Positions 49,995 to 62,560 are shown, counted from the first letter of the stretch. The stretch: 64,000 nt of DNA from Convolutriloba macropyga (GCF_964194025.1 NC_134468.1:6262001-6326000), one strand, 5' to 3'. Translations and numbers: made by a program. The notes: generated from the sequence alone by a model not told the origin.

Positions 49995-50698
49995 GCTATA
50001 ACGAGCTTCTCTCGGCAAAAACGAGACATCGCTATATCTAAATCTGACCTATCAGAGATACATACAAGCGAAGCTTCGCAGAAAGTGAAACGAGGAACTT
50101 TAAGCAAATTCCACTTTCGGACAAGAAGGACAACAGGTGGAGATTCAAACTCGTTTCCTGACTACGATAGAGATTACGATTCTTATCAGACTTATGAAGA
50201 TTATCAGAGAGAAAATTCTAACTTCAATCAATTTGATCAATTCTTCAACATATCCGATAACGACTATTTCACTTTGTATGAAAAATCGGACCTACCAGAT
50301 TATTCTGATTTCAGATTGGCGGCTATTTTTACCCAAAATGAAATGAAGTATAACGGATACCAGAAAGACGACTTCATTGTTCAGTGTACTTTTGACGGCA
50401 AAAAATGCGGTTCGAGTTGGTTCAAGACTTACCAAGACCCATTTTACGGCAACTGTTTCAGTTTCAACTCAATTCGAGATCGCAACTTGTCACAGCCCAT
50501 TTTCATTCGCTCCAGCGGCAAAACTGGACAGGAATATGGACTTAAATTGACGCTGTTTTTTGACGTTGAGGAGTACATTGGTATTTTGGGACAAAATGCT
50601 GGAGGAAGGGTTCTGGCTTACGACCCGGAAATAGTCGGCAACATCAGAGCCCAAAGCTCTGCAGTGGGAGCTGGTATGAACACATTCATCTCTGTCAG
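49995..50698 (+). CDS. DEG/ENaC gene B exon 8: convertase-site linker and extracellular core
   Basis: AITSFSRQKR...KVKRGTLSKFHFRTRR...FIVQCTFDGKKC...DPFYGNCFSFN...GLKLTL...FISVR; GTAAG donor. Confidence 0.9.
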
Positions 50699-51031
50699 GT
50701 AAGATCCACAATCGTTCATACATTGATCAATTGTTGATAAATCCAGTTCTATCTTTTTTCAAGACTGCCCAACTTTTATCACAAAATTTAAATTCTAATC
50801 TTTTACCACAAAATTATCAACTATATTTATAGATCAAGATCAGGCAAAAAAACGAGAATTAGGTTGAATTTGGGCAAAATGAGCACACAGGTAAATTGTT
50901 TCTTTACCTGTGAGATTTTCTCGTGCAACGAATAATGAGATTTATGCCAAAATTCAAAAGCAAATCTAAAAATGCACCAGTTGACAATTAAAACAGTTAA
51001 GAAAACAATTAACCAGACTTTCCTTACATAG

Positions 51032-51300
51032 GTACACAGAAATTAACCGCAAGGGTGGCAAATACGGAAACTGCACAAATGGCTGGCCCGATTTTCTCAG
51101 TCTCAATTCTGACTTCAAGAAAAAGTGGCCAAAGTACGACAGAGAGACTTGTCTATTCTACTGTCTACAGAATGCTATGGCTTTGGAGTGTGGTTGCACT
51201 GATAGCTACGAGGCTGAATTCAGCACAAATGCCGTGATCAATAGTGCTTCTGAATACTACTGCGACCCAACCAACAGAACTCAAAGCCTTTGCAGAGAGG
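51032..51300 (+). CDS. DEG/ENaC gene B exon 9: thumb domain
   Basis: YTEINRKGGKYGNC...YDRETCLFYCLQNAMALECGC...; 269 nt as in gene A. Confidence 0.92.
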
Positions 51301-51809
51301 GTAAACTTTTTCTTTCTACTTAATGAACGGAAACCGTTATCAGATTCAAATCTTCGACTGAAAAAAGTTAATCAGGTACAGTTGATGAAGAAACAGTAAA
51401 AATTGGAAACTTAAAGACAAACTTGCTCCATTAACAGCAAATTTCACATACTTTCAAAGTGTGAGGCCGTACTTTTGAAACCAAACTTTCAAAAGTTGAG
51501 ACCGCTAATCTCTATTTCATCAAACTATCCAGCCCGCACGAAGATGCCAGTAATGGTTGTTTTTCGAAGAAACTGATTTCAAATGTAAAGACTACCCTCC
51601 CCTTGATCTTTTGCAGGATCTTCAACAATTATCTCAAGCCTCCTCTTATTATCGTAAGACTTTTTTATTCGTTAATGTTTTTTTATTCTTAGTTATAACA
51701 TATAAAAATTCCGAATTACTCTTCAATAAATGGAAGAAAAGATTGCAAACTGCTCCAGGGATATTTCAGGTATGAAATTTCTGCTATCGAATAATTTTTT
51801 TGTTATCAG

Positions 51810-52252
51810 ATATCTACGACAAATTCAAAAATAGCTCACTGGACTGCTCAAAATGTCCTCAAGGATGCAAAACAATAGACTTCAACAGACGGCAATCGGT
51901 ATCTCCCTGGCCTTCCGAATCTTATGCCCCATTTTTTGCCTCCAAAATGCTCAAATCGAAATCAGCTCGAGTTCTCGCTTACATGGCCAATGTCGTCAAA
52001 CAAGATAATCTGAGCGCAATTTCACTCATGCAAAGTTTTCGCCGCAATTTTGCGCGCGTGGAAGTGTTCTACGAAACTTTGAATTTTGAAAAGATGTCAG
52101 AAAGTCCAGCATATGAATTGGTTAATCTCATAAGCGACTTTGGGGGTAATATTGGACTCTGGCTGGGCTGGAGTGTACTAGCTATTTTCGAAATTGTACA
52201 ATTCTTCTACGAAGTGGCGGAAGCCATCATTGTGAATAAATGCAAAAACTAA
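51810..52252 (+). CDS. DEG/ENaC gene B exon 10: TM2 and short C-tail
   Basis: CSKCPQGC...SPWPS...ISDFGGNIGLWLGWSVLAIFE; 443 nt as in gene A; stop TAA. Confidence 0.93.
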
Positions 52253-53006
52253 CCTCGCAATTAATTTCATCTAAAACCAGCTGCTTTCGATTTATTGATA
52301 TCCTAAAAAGTGTGCTAAAATTCCCTTATATAATTTATATTTTTATTTACCAATGAAAATTCTATTCTAGCAACATAAGCTAAGTATTGAAAATTCAGCA
52401 GTCATATCCTGTACACATTACTCCAACTTCCCGCACAAAATGACCAACAGGTCAATCTACCCCCAACTTTATTCAGGAAAAAGTTCAATGGAAAAGAAAT
52501 GATGAATACAAGATGAATGAAAACACTGCGCTAAAAAATAAAATACGAAGGTGGAGTTTGCCTCGCATTTACCAGGAAATGGACCTGAAGTTTAGATCTG
52601 AAGTTAACAGCGGCAATTGAGAACCAATGCAAAAAAGTAACACAAACAAGTCGAAAAATTTACTATATCAAAAGAGAGCTATGCAAAACTTGATTTGATT
52701 AGGGTTGAGGCAATTGAGCTTCAGGCATAGATTGCTGACTCGGCCAGAATTTGGCAATGCAGCGCAAAACTGCTGTTAAGTGATTCAAAGTTGCGCATGA
52801 TTGACATTATTCAAATCGAACGATAACGCCGAAGAAAACAGAAAATAACGTCACGCTCACATTTAAATTCCAGGTCAGCAAAAAAAAATGGCCTCGAGGT
52901 TTCGAGCTGTGCAGAAAGTCTCCTATTGGATTCTTAAGTCAATGAACAAAACTACTGATTATTCACAGCTTATTAGCAGGCAGGCAATTGTTTAGCGACT
53001 GATGAA

Positions 53007-53524
53007 AACAAAGCTGGCAGATTGCCAGAAAATATCCGCAATAGTTTCCTAGTTCTGCAGTTTCAAAAAGATAGCCAAAGAAACACCAAAAAATTCTTTT
53101 TATTAACAGCTCAGATGTTATATTTTGACTTAATCTGTTTTACTTATTGCTGTTTCTACAGGCTCCCCTCAAATACCCTTCAATGAGTGACACACACTCA
53201 TTTGAGCTTATCTCTTTTGAATTAAAGTAAAGAAAAGTCACTTTCGGAATCAGGCGTCATTTTTGAGAGTGAGGTAAGTCACACGTGCGACCAAAAAGTT
53301 GCGAATGAACAAAAAAAGCGAAGTGAACAAAGTCAGGCGAATGAACAAAAAACACTCTCTACTGTGAGTGAAAAATGACGCCACGAACGCAATTCGGTTG
53401 AAATTGCATGAATGAAAAGTGATTGAAGTGATTGTGACGTCATATGGTCGTAACAAAAATCTTGACGAAATAAAAAAAACATGAAGGCATATAATAGCCT
53501 CAGCTATCGCTTTGCGGCTATTAA
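53007..53524 (-). mobile_element. Helentron/DINE-1-like non-autonomous element (family X)
   Basis: CTGGCAGATTGCCAG hairpin plus subterminal repeat at the left end; ATAGCC...GCGGCTATT at the right end; body similar to 410-897. Confidence 0.7.
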
Positions 53525-55577
53525 ACATTAAATTTTTTTTATTTTGTTCCAAACACCTACCATTGAGAACACGTGAACACATAACTCGCACTCCAAAAAT
53601 AACAGAAAAGTTTGTCACACAAAAATAACAGAAATAATCAACTATAATATACTAACAAACACCTCAAATTTGCAGCTAAATTTCCGAAACAAGAAACGTT
53701 ATTTGATGAAAGCAGTAAAATATAGGAATACGCATTCCTTCTTACATACAACTGCCTGTCACATATGACCTCAATTTGTAGAACCAGTGCAAAGAATCAA
53801 GTACACATTAAAGAATCAAGCTACTTCAAAAGCAGGAAAACTTAATACAAAAATTTTCGCCGACATGGAAGTCAGCACCATTTTGAACTCAAACTTTGTG
53901 TGCGCATTATATTCTCAAAAATCGGAGGAATTGCTCTCGAACAACACACGGGGTGTCAATTTAATTTAGAGGGGGTGTAGATTCGAAATTTTATGGCAAC
54001 AAAACTTACTGATGGTTTGCAACTTGTCACAAAAAATTTTTAACAGCCAAAAATTCTTTCTAGAGAACGCAACCTACTAAAGTCAGGTGAATTAATTGGT
54101 TGAGTGACAAAAATTTTGGATAAACAATACACAATACCGCAACAAAGGAAGACTGCTTCATCGTTGCGTCATCCAAAAACAATTGATTATGTCAACCCAA
54201 AATAATTTTGCTTAAAAACACAAGACAGCATTAATTGCCTCACGCTTCGTTCGAAATCAACTGGACAAGTAAAAATAGCAACCAACAAAACGGTTTTCTT
54301 CCTTTGCTCTCATGTAATCACTTTTCGCATCGTCCGTGAAGAGGATTTCTAATATTGTAAAGGAACGGTTCAAAAACACCCCTCCAGTTAATATTTACTC
54401 GTTAGTAAAACGGAAATGGAGAGCTAATTTAACAAAATTTGCCTCAGCAAATGATTCAATACACATCATTGTTCAGAATATTGAGAAGTGCTAACAAAAC
54501 ATTCATGTAGGTAACAACAACTTTTAAGTGTCACGAGCGTTGCGGGATAAAAATTTGATGTGTAAATTTTGAGTATCGGCTGAACATGGCAAGATGGACG
54601 TCAAATGCACCAACAATCTGTCATTATCACATTTCGACAGCACGTAAAATCTCAGACATCAAGGGTGTAAATTCGCTCATGTCACTATCTCGTCGAACTT
54701 CAAATGATCAAATCAGATAAAGGCAGAATAACACTAGTAAGCTGTATAATAAAATTGAACTCGTCGCCTTGGAGATTTAATTGCCTGAAAATTATAGCAC
54801 ACATTAAAGTGCTTTGTTAATGCTTGCAATTAAAAATCAGGCGTTGAATTACGTGACAATATTAAAGTAAGGAGGGATCCTAGAAAAAGTCTGAAAACGA
54901 TGAACTGCGTGAAACCATCAGTACTCATGTAATAGCTTAGCTGTTTGAGCTGAATCAATAAATTACAATAGTCAAAATTTTGTGAAGTTCCAGTATCTGA
55001 TACCGTAGTAAGCACTGTATCAATGTGTCTGTTTCTCTTCTGTACCAAACAATTAACAGGCACGACTATTGCCGAGGCTACATAATAATCCTAACACTAA
55101 AATCCACTAATTTATTAAAGAAGATTATAAATAACCTACCTTCTGGATGAAAATTTCCGACAATTCATAATTATCAACCAAAGCCTGAAAATTTGGCAAA
55201 TTGTCTATTGAAAAATAGACGCTTAATCATCGAGGGTTTTCAAAATTTTTGTTCACGTGTTCAGATTAAGAACGATCTTAAGAAATTCGTTTTAAGAAGA
55301 TTAAGAACGATCTTTAGAAATTCCTTTTGCAAGGGCGAAAAAACCCAATTGCGACACGGAATCGATTCCCAGAAAAATACTCTCCAGGAAAATTAAGCTA
55401 ATCGCAGGATGAGTTACCACATTAACACTTGTTTGAATTTACTCTCGCGTAACGTCAGCATTTCATTCATGAGAACTTTCTAAGAATCGTAAAAAAAACT
55501 AAAGCTAAAAACTAGAATTAAAACTTTACAGGTAAAGATATACATCGAACTGAAAGGAAATGTGAATGGATACTTAA

Positions 55578-56265
55578 TCAACAAACGGAATTGGGAGAGT
55601 TTGAGGTAATTCCAGTGAGGCGATTCGAAATTTTGGACGTCACAAAACTCGTTTTGCATTTCGGACACGTAACTCCTGACTTTCTATTATCAGCGCACTT
55701 TTTGTGAAGTAAATGCTGACAATTTTCACAAGAAACAACATAGTCAATGTTCCAAGGATACACTAAACTCGCATCTTTGCACAGAAGACACGGTCGATAT
55801 TTCCTTCTACACTGTGCCTCACACCTTTCACAGTGGTATTTGGTCTGGGCTAGAATTTGCTTCAAATAATGCTCCATATTATCAACTCGAGTAGATGAAA
55901 TCTCCACAAAATCCTGCAACGAGTAATTTCCAGTAGCGTGGAATAAGTGAGTTCTTGTTCTGTGAAAATGAGATCTGATTTTCGCTTTATATTTGACCGC
56001 ATCATGTTCTGAGCAGGCGTCGATGCATTCCATAACGTGTGATATCTTCAACCTGAGTTCTTCGATTTTAGACATGCAGCCCATTTTGCCTGACTCAAGA
56101 AATCGTGGACAGAGAACTCTAGGGTTGTATATTGGCTTGAACTCTGTCTTCTCAATGAACTCTTTGGCCATGTTTGACACTGGGAATGTGCGGAAATCCC
56201 ACTGGAATATGATTCTGGCTGGAATAATGTTCGATTTGCCCGTCACACAAGTGTTACAGCCATAT
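55578..56265 (-). CDS. Last exon of a Rubicon-homology (RH / zf-RING_9) domain protein (PLEKHM/DEF8/Rubicon family)
   Basis: YGCNTC...IPARIIFQWDF..FPVS...YSLQDF...CLLC...VYPW...CENCQHLLHKKC...CPKC is the RH-domain signature. TCTAG acceptor, phase 2. Confidence 0.88.
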
Positions 56266-56325
56266 CTAGACAGAACAGCGAATAGAAAATTGACGTAGTA
56301 ACATCAAAGTTGAAATAAAAAATGA

Positions 56326-57522
56326 AATATACCCGGCAGATTGCCGGAAAATAGCCGCCGTTGATTCCCATAAACAAGATTTGGATTGAAAGAAGAGAAA
56401 AAAACTTGTGAAAAATGATTTTTGTACCAACTACTCATCAAACAAAACTGCCTCCACTTGAAACAAAACAGTAAAACAAAAGTAAAAACAAGAAAATCAA
56501 ATCAAAAGCATGATTAAAAATCCGATCAAATTTTATCATAAATTGGGACCCCGAAATAACAATCTTTTCAAAAATTACTTCATAAAAACAACTAGTACTC
56601 ACTAAAACCACTCTTGAGAATTTTTTAAAAAATACTTGAAGCCAAATCGAGAAAAAATAACCTCTTACAAACATTTTGGACTAAAAAAACTGGAAAAAGT
56701 TAATAATTTTTTTATTACAAAAGCACATAAATCAAAAGAAAAATTGATTTCAGCCAATAGGGTATCCAGATGCTCGGAAAACAATAGGCAAGTCATAATA
56801 GGCTAAAACTTGTCTACAGAACAAAAAAAACGAAAAATGCAAAAATTAAGAAAAATAGTTCCAATTTTTGTCATTTTTTTTGTCAGATTTCTCAACAAAA
56901 AATGTTTCATATCCACAAAATTGTAACCAATTGTTATCTTAAAATTGCTCAAGTAACATGGGTCTTTTCAATACCCACTTGAAGCAGTAAAACTAAACAA
57001 TCGTCAAAAAATCGCTAAAATTAGCCCAAAAATCAGCAAAATACATTGAAAACCTCCGAATTAGCATAAAATTCATATGAACTTCCAGAAACCTTCAAAC
57101 CACTACCAAAACCAGCCTAAAATCAAAACAAAATTATAACCACTCCTCAACCAAAAAAAAAAATGAAAAAAAACCTGCTTTAAAATGCCGCATGTGAACA
57201 AAAAATTTTGCTCGCTTACAGATTTTTTTTTTCACGCCTCAATTTCTCGTTCTCTAGAAAACAGCGCTATGAACAAAAAAACCACTCTCTTTTCGCTCCA
57301 ATCTTCATTTTTTTTCAGCAACAAAATCACTCCAATTTTTTTTCACGTGTTTCATTTCCTGCTTCAAAATTCACTCCAATAAAATTTAAAAATGGGACTT
57401 CTCCAATACTCCTCTTCAGGTCGTAAAAAAAGACAGCGCCCCCATACAATTCAAACTCTTTGAATTGTAAAAAATATAGGGGCGCTATAATAGCCTGCTG
57501 AGAAGCTGAGGTGGCTATTAAA
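56326..57522 (-). mobile_element. Helentron/DINE-1-like non-autonomous element (family X)
   Basis: CCGGCA-gat-TGCCGG stem-loop next to AATAGCCGCC; opposite end AATAGCC...GGTGGCTATT. Confidence 0.7.
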
Positions 57523-58209
57523 CAATGATACGAATAAAAATTCTCATTTCAGACCAATGCGAGGTGACAATTTTTTAAACTTTTCACATCCGAATGCAAA
57601 CTCAGAAAATTATAGTCTTTTCTCTTTTGTGTTATACAAATGAATTTCTATGTAGCACAATTCTTATGCCTAATAACCTGGTGGGCTATAAAAATTTAGT
57701 TAACTAGAAATCTAAACTATCAAAAAAAGCTTAAACTTATCTTTGCTTTCGAGATCACGCCAATCTAGTTATTTCAATCTCTTATTAACAGGCCGTCATC
57801 TAGAATGATTTGAAAGCTTCCAGTTCAATTTAAGAACGAAAGCACGAATCGCGAACTGGAAACTTGCTTCTTATGCCAAAATAAACCATATTCTGATTTC
57901 ACACACAAAAGAACGCCTAAAAGGTTTGCTATTCAACAATACAAAATAAAATTTAGATATCTCCGCAGCAAATATCTTTAAAATACTCTTGCTTCAGTTA
58001 TAGACAGCCGAATTGCAAAAAGCTCCCCGGCGGTTCCTTCAACGAGATACGAAAAAAAAACTCGTGGCCATCTTATATTCATTTTTTTCAAATTATCAAT
58101 AAAAAATTTCAAATAAAATTGGTTTTGTTATCAATGAATTATGGCCATCGCTTTGGCTGATTACATATTATTGTTCAACTTGAGCATAATATTATATTGC
58201 AATTTTTAC

Positions 58210-58406
58210 CTTCCGTAATAAAAGCAGAATTGGAATGCGACAAATCGAATGCCATCTGTTTTGAGTCCACAGAATGCACACCTGAAGCCTTGCTTGTCCT
58301 TGATAAACTTGAATGCATTCGAGGGTTTATCACACACCTCCACCACTCTCTCATTTCCCACAATTGGATTCCAACTGATCCTGTCTTTGATATCCTCGAG
58401 AGTTTG
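58210..58406 (-). CDS. RH-domain gene exon: first zinc-binding motif
   Basis: QTLEDIKD...KQGFRCAFCGLKTDGIRFVAFQFCFYYGR splices in phase to YGCNTC, giving the family motif Q..RC..CG...C.Y.G.Y.C..C. Canonical AG/GT. Confidence 0.85.
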
Positions 58407-58547
58407 CTGAAATTTATTTATTGTCCTTAAATATATAATTCGTACGTTCTACTTTCGACAGTCGTTAGAAATAACATCCGAGAAAGCTAAATAACAAACT
58501 TCGGAAAAAGGACATCGAACAAAAAGTGGGGCTCGATATTACTTTAC

Positions 58548-58589
58548 CTGGCATAGACAGAGGAGTAGGTGCATAAATTTAAGAAGGTG
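58548..58589 (-). CDS. Probable small exon of the RH-domain gene (HLLKFMHLLLCLCQ)
   Basis: CAG|GTAAAG donor, TTTTAAG acceptor, phase 0/0 and open. No homology recognised. Confidence 0.5.
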
Positions 58590-58644
58590 CTTAAAATGAT
58601 GTTATGCGCATATTTACATCACTGCAATGAATTAAAAATTACAA

Positions 58645-59730
58645 ACATAGCCGGCAGACTGCCGGAATAGCTGCGAAAGAAAAGACCTGCGTGCCATATA
58701 ATAGAGATAGAAACAGATACAGATCTAAATTGAAAAAAAAATCGACGCCGCTCAAAAAAACTAGGTAAAAAACATTCAGCGATAAATTAATGAAGCTTGC
58801 TAAAATTCATTCCGCAGAAGCCTCTTATTAGGGAGCTTTACTGCACAAATGAGTTCCTTTGACCTTAAACAAATTCAAATTAAACTTAAGCTTTAAAGTG
58901 CAAAAGTCATTTTATTGAGTGAGGTAAGTCACGTATGATCAAAATCTAATCACGCAAATAACCTAAAAACTTTTGCTAAAGCGAATGAGAAATGACGTCA
59001 CGCGCGCAAATGCCGTTAGTGAGAGGAAGAAGTCATTCAGAAAATTTGACTTTTTCAGCTTTGCTGTGTGAACAAATGTATAACGAAAAAAGAGTGTCAG
59101 ACGACGAAACAAAAAAAACATAGCAGGACAAGTCCTGACGTACAATTCAAAGAATTTTCATTGACGAAACAGAAAAACTAGACCTAAAATGGACTATGAG
59201 TGAATTGAGAAAACCATTTCAAAAAAAATCAGATCAAAAAATAAGAAAAAAACAAAAAAATCAATGTCAATATGCCGCATGTGAACAAAAAACCACTAGC
59301 GAGTAATGAAAATTTAATTCAAACAAAAAAACTAGGCCTAAAATGAGCTGTGAATGGATTGGGAAAACCATTAAGAAAAAAATCCGATCCAAAAAATCGA
59401 AAAAACAGTAAAAATCAGAGTGAAATTGCCGCATGTGAACAAAAAACCACTACCGAGAAACCGAATTTTTGTTCAAACACCACTTTCGCACTCTACTTTA
59501 AAATTAGAGCGAAAAAAATTCACGCCGCAAAACCACTAGCTTTTTCGCTCCATTTCCTGTTTCGGCGTGACCAAAATCACTACTCCAATTTGACTTCAAA
59601 AATCATGAAAATGTGTGAACAGATCTTAAAAAAAAAGACAGCGCCCCAATACAATTCAAATTCTTTGAATTGTAAAAAACCAAGAGCACCGCAATATAGC
59701 TTCGCTCAGCTTACAGCTTCGCAGCTATAA
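58645..59730 (-). mobile_element. Helentron/DINE-1-like non-autonomous element (family X)
   Basis: CCGGCA-gac-TGCCGG hairpin plus ATAGCTGCGAA; opposite end TTCGCAGCTAT (11-bp subterminal inverted repeat) with a second internal IR; internal ~160-bp duplication. Confidence 0.75.
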
Positions 59731-60051
59731 AAAACAATTTTGGTACTCTTTTCACTCATTTGAATTGCGTACGAACAAAATGCCGCTAAATAAGTTTGGC
59801 TGATCGAAATTCTGATTACCACTTCTTCAAACTATGTGCAATAAACAAATTCGGATATAATCATTTGCAAAATAAATTCTCAAAATGCAATTTCATATGA
59901 TGAAATGATTTTTTTTTAATTTTTGGCTGTATTAGCTTTTATAACAATCGACGCATAGTTAGAAGTTAAAAGGACTACATTTAGAAAAACTCACAAATCT
60001 GCACGAAAAGAGCTATTTTGATACGCACGTTGAAATTGTTCAACTTAATAC

Positions 60052-60208
60052 CTCAATCAGTTCAACAGAAACTTTATTGGAAAGGATGCTGATCAAGTTG
60101 AACAGATTTTGTGTGTGTCTTAATCTAGAGCTTCTCAGGCAACACTGTAAAGGTTCAATCTTGATTTTCTCCAAACATAGACCTCTCAATTTTTCTGAAT
60201 TTTCTTCT
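60052..60208 (-). CDS. Probable exon of the RH-domain gene (EENSEKLRGLCLEK...VSVELIE)
   Basis: Open frame, TCTAG acceptor, GAG|GTATTA donor; phases compatible with the neighbours. Confidence 0.5.
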
Positions 60209-60282
60209 CTAGATATTATGAATATAAAAAACCAGTTGGATGTAGTTGACAGGCAGTTTGCCACACAAAATTGCATTTTGAC

Positions 60283-60362
60283 CGTTCATCTTTATCAGTG
60301 AGTGCAGTCATATCGCACATGAAAACTAAAACAAATGAGCAAATCTCGAAAGAACCAGCAAT
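60283..60362 (-). CDS. Possible exon of the RH-domain gene (IAGSFEIC...DKDER)
   Basis: GACAG acceptor and CG|GTCAAA donor, phases 0/2 compatible; the donor is weak. Confidence 0.4.
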
Positions 60363-60744
60363 CTGTCCAAAAATGTTGAGCATCCACATCAGCAAAACAA
60401 CCAAGCAACATTGAAAAAATTTAGGAAAACTTGTCGAGGATTTTTATCAACAACAGGACAGGTCGTCTTATGAGCTATATCTCATCATCCAGTGCTTCCC
60501 TCTCTATACCAGTGCCATTAATATTTCACAGTGGTAACGATAAAAACAATTTTTGTAAAAGAGGAAAGATTATCAATAGAGCTATGCACTGTCGATTAGT
60601 AAAACTTGACTAAACTTGAGCAGTAAAATTTGAGCTTACGACATTTGATAAATTTATTAAAGTGTGTTTTCATGTTTGAAATGATGATAATCTATGGTCC
60701 CAGCCAGGACTCGAGAAATATTGATGAGATTTCACACCTACAAG

Positions 60745-61020
60745 ACAACCTCTACAAGGCTGACTCACAAGCGAAAGAGCTGACTTGTGGAAATTTCAGT
60801 ATTCTCTCTCCATGGGGCTCACGTCAAAGATCTCTACAATTTTCTGCCTCCCAAAGATAAGTTTGATTTGATTGTTAATTTTATTGATGGAAACAACCTC
60901 TATAACGGAGTTGAGCCATCTCACGAAAGTATCAAATCAGTTGCCGACCAAATTGATAGACTTGCCACACACTTAACTACTTTGGCAAAGAAAGTATTTG
61001 TACTGGTAATGACCCAAGAC
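60745..61020 (+). pseudogene. Frameshifted SGNH/GDSL esterase-like remnant, probably transposon-derived
   Basis: ADSQAKELTCGNFSILS/L-HGAHVKDL...DLIVNFIDGNNL...KKVFVL resembles SGNH blocks I-III (GDS, G, GxND), with a frameshift and degenerate motifs. Confidence 0.55.
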
Positions 61021-61802
61021 CCGAAGAAAAACTCTTGCAGGAACAAATAGACAAAAACTGGAAGTTTCGAAGTAATCGTTTTTAAAGACTAATGACAAAA
61101 ATTCAATATATTTGCAAAGTAAATGTCTTTATAATTTTTTTCCATTTAAATTAAAATATCTTTTGTTTTTGTCTGTTTTGATGTTAAGGGTGAATAAATA
61201 TTTTTCGCTAGCTCACAAAATTGCCAATTCGGTTTTTTTCTGAGCGAAGTTTGTTTTCAGGGAATTGGCAAACTTTTTTTTTAAAAAAAATGTTAAAAGC
61301 GGATCTCAGTTGGCTCACAGAATTTCCAATTCATTGTTTCGAAGAAGGAATTGGCTTCAAAGATATTAACGACAAAAATACAATATTTTTTTCGTTCGTT
61401 TTAAAATTTCCTTCTTTGCTACTGTTTTGATTTGAGGGATGGATCCTAATGCAACTACTATTATTCCAATCAAATCAATGCCATTCATTGTACAGTCTAA
61501 CCACAAAAATTGTTCTTTTACTTTGTGATTTCTTAAAGACTCGCGATAAAAGGGTTTATGTCTGAATTTGTGGTCTTTGTTCTTTTATTGAGACAAAATT
61601 CTCTTGTTTTCAACACTTGCTTCACATTCTGTCTTCGTCACAATTTGGAGAAAAAGTTGGTGAATGCGTGTAATTTTCCGTCACTATATATACGCTTTTT
61701 TATATGTTAATGCGGGTGTTGGAACTTTCAGTGCCTGCGCACCGAATCAAGCGAGCCCCTCTTGTTACTTTCTATTATTAAATTAACCGTAAATATAGTT
61801 AC

Positions 61803-62020
61803 CTCGTTTTGTCTGAAAATGATATTGAGATCTCGAAGAGTAGTGCCAAGTGATGAGTCGTCTACACATTTAAGAGCTCCAAGAGTTAACTCAGATGGGC
61901 AAATATGCGGATAGACCAACATCACTTCTTTCGACACTGGTGCCCTATGGTTTGACGAATGCGATGACCTAAAAACCAAAACACCCTGCCTTTCGTAGGA
62001 GTCGATGCTTCTCAATAATG
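61803..62020 (-). CDS. Probable upstream exon of the RH-domain gene (LLRSIDSYERQGVLVF...IIFRQNE)
   Basis: Open frame, TTTAACAG acceptor, GAG|GTAACT phase-0 donor compatible with the exon starting at 60362; coding-like composition. Confidence 0.5.
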
Positions 62021-62299
62021 CTGTTAAACAATTCGAGCTAAAACAATGTGACAGGTGAAACTTGCTCCGTGTGATTTCATGTCTTGCGCATTAAAAATAG
62101 CACAACGAAATCTACAAATTGTCGGAAAACAACTGATACTAGACTTTATAAAATAATAGTATCAGAACTCAACATTGCCACGTCAAAATCCTCTTTAAAT
62201 GAGCCTTGAAAATAAAGTTCTTATTGGCTACTTAATTGATATAATTTAATTACTTAGCGGGGAGTACTATGTTAAACAGGTTTACAGCAAAATTGAAAA

Positions 62300-62560
62300 A
62301 AAACACTGACAAGAGAGGATCGAAAGAAACAGCATTGAAGATTCCGATTTGAATCGAGACTTTTAATCAATCTAATCATCCTAAATTGCAGAGAGGCGAA
62401 TTCAAAAATGATTTAAAAAACGCCAAAGTCATGAACTTTTGCTCCATTTGATTATTAATACATAAGGCTCACTTTTAAGCTGAAGCTTTCATTGACTATT
62501 TTGAGGCCATTTAATGCGCAAAAGTATTCATCTACAATTGAGGTCAAGCAGATCTAAAAA
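62300..62560 (+). mobile_element. Ancient LINE RT relic
   Basis: LQRGEFKNDLKNAKV resembles the 'G.FP..LK.AKV' RT motif; the rest is heavily decayed. Confidence 0.35.
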
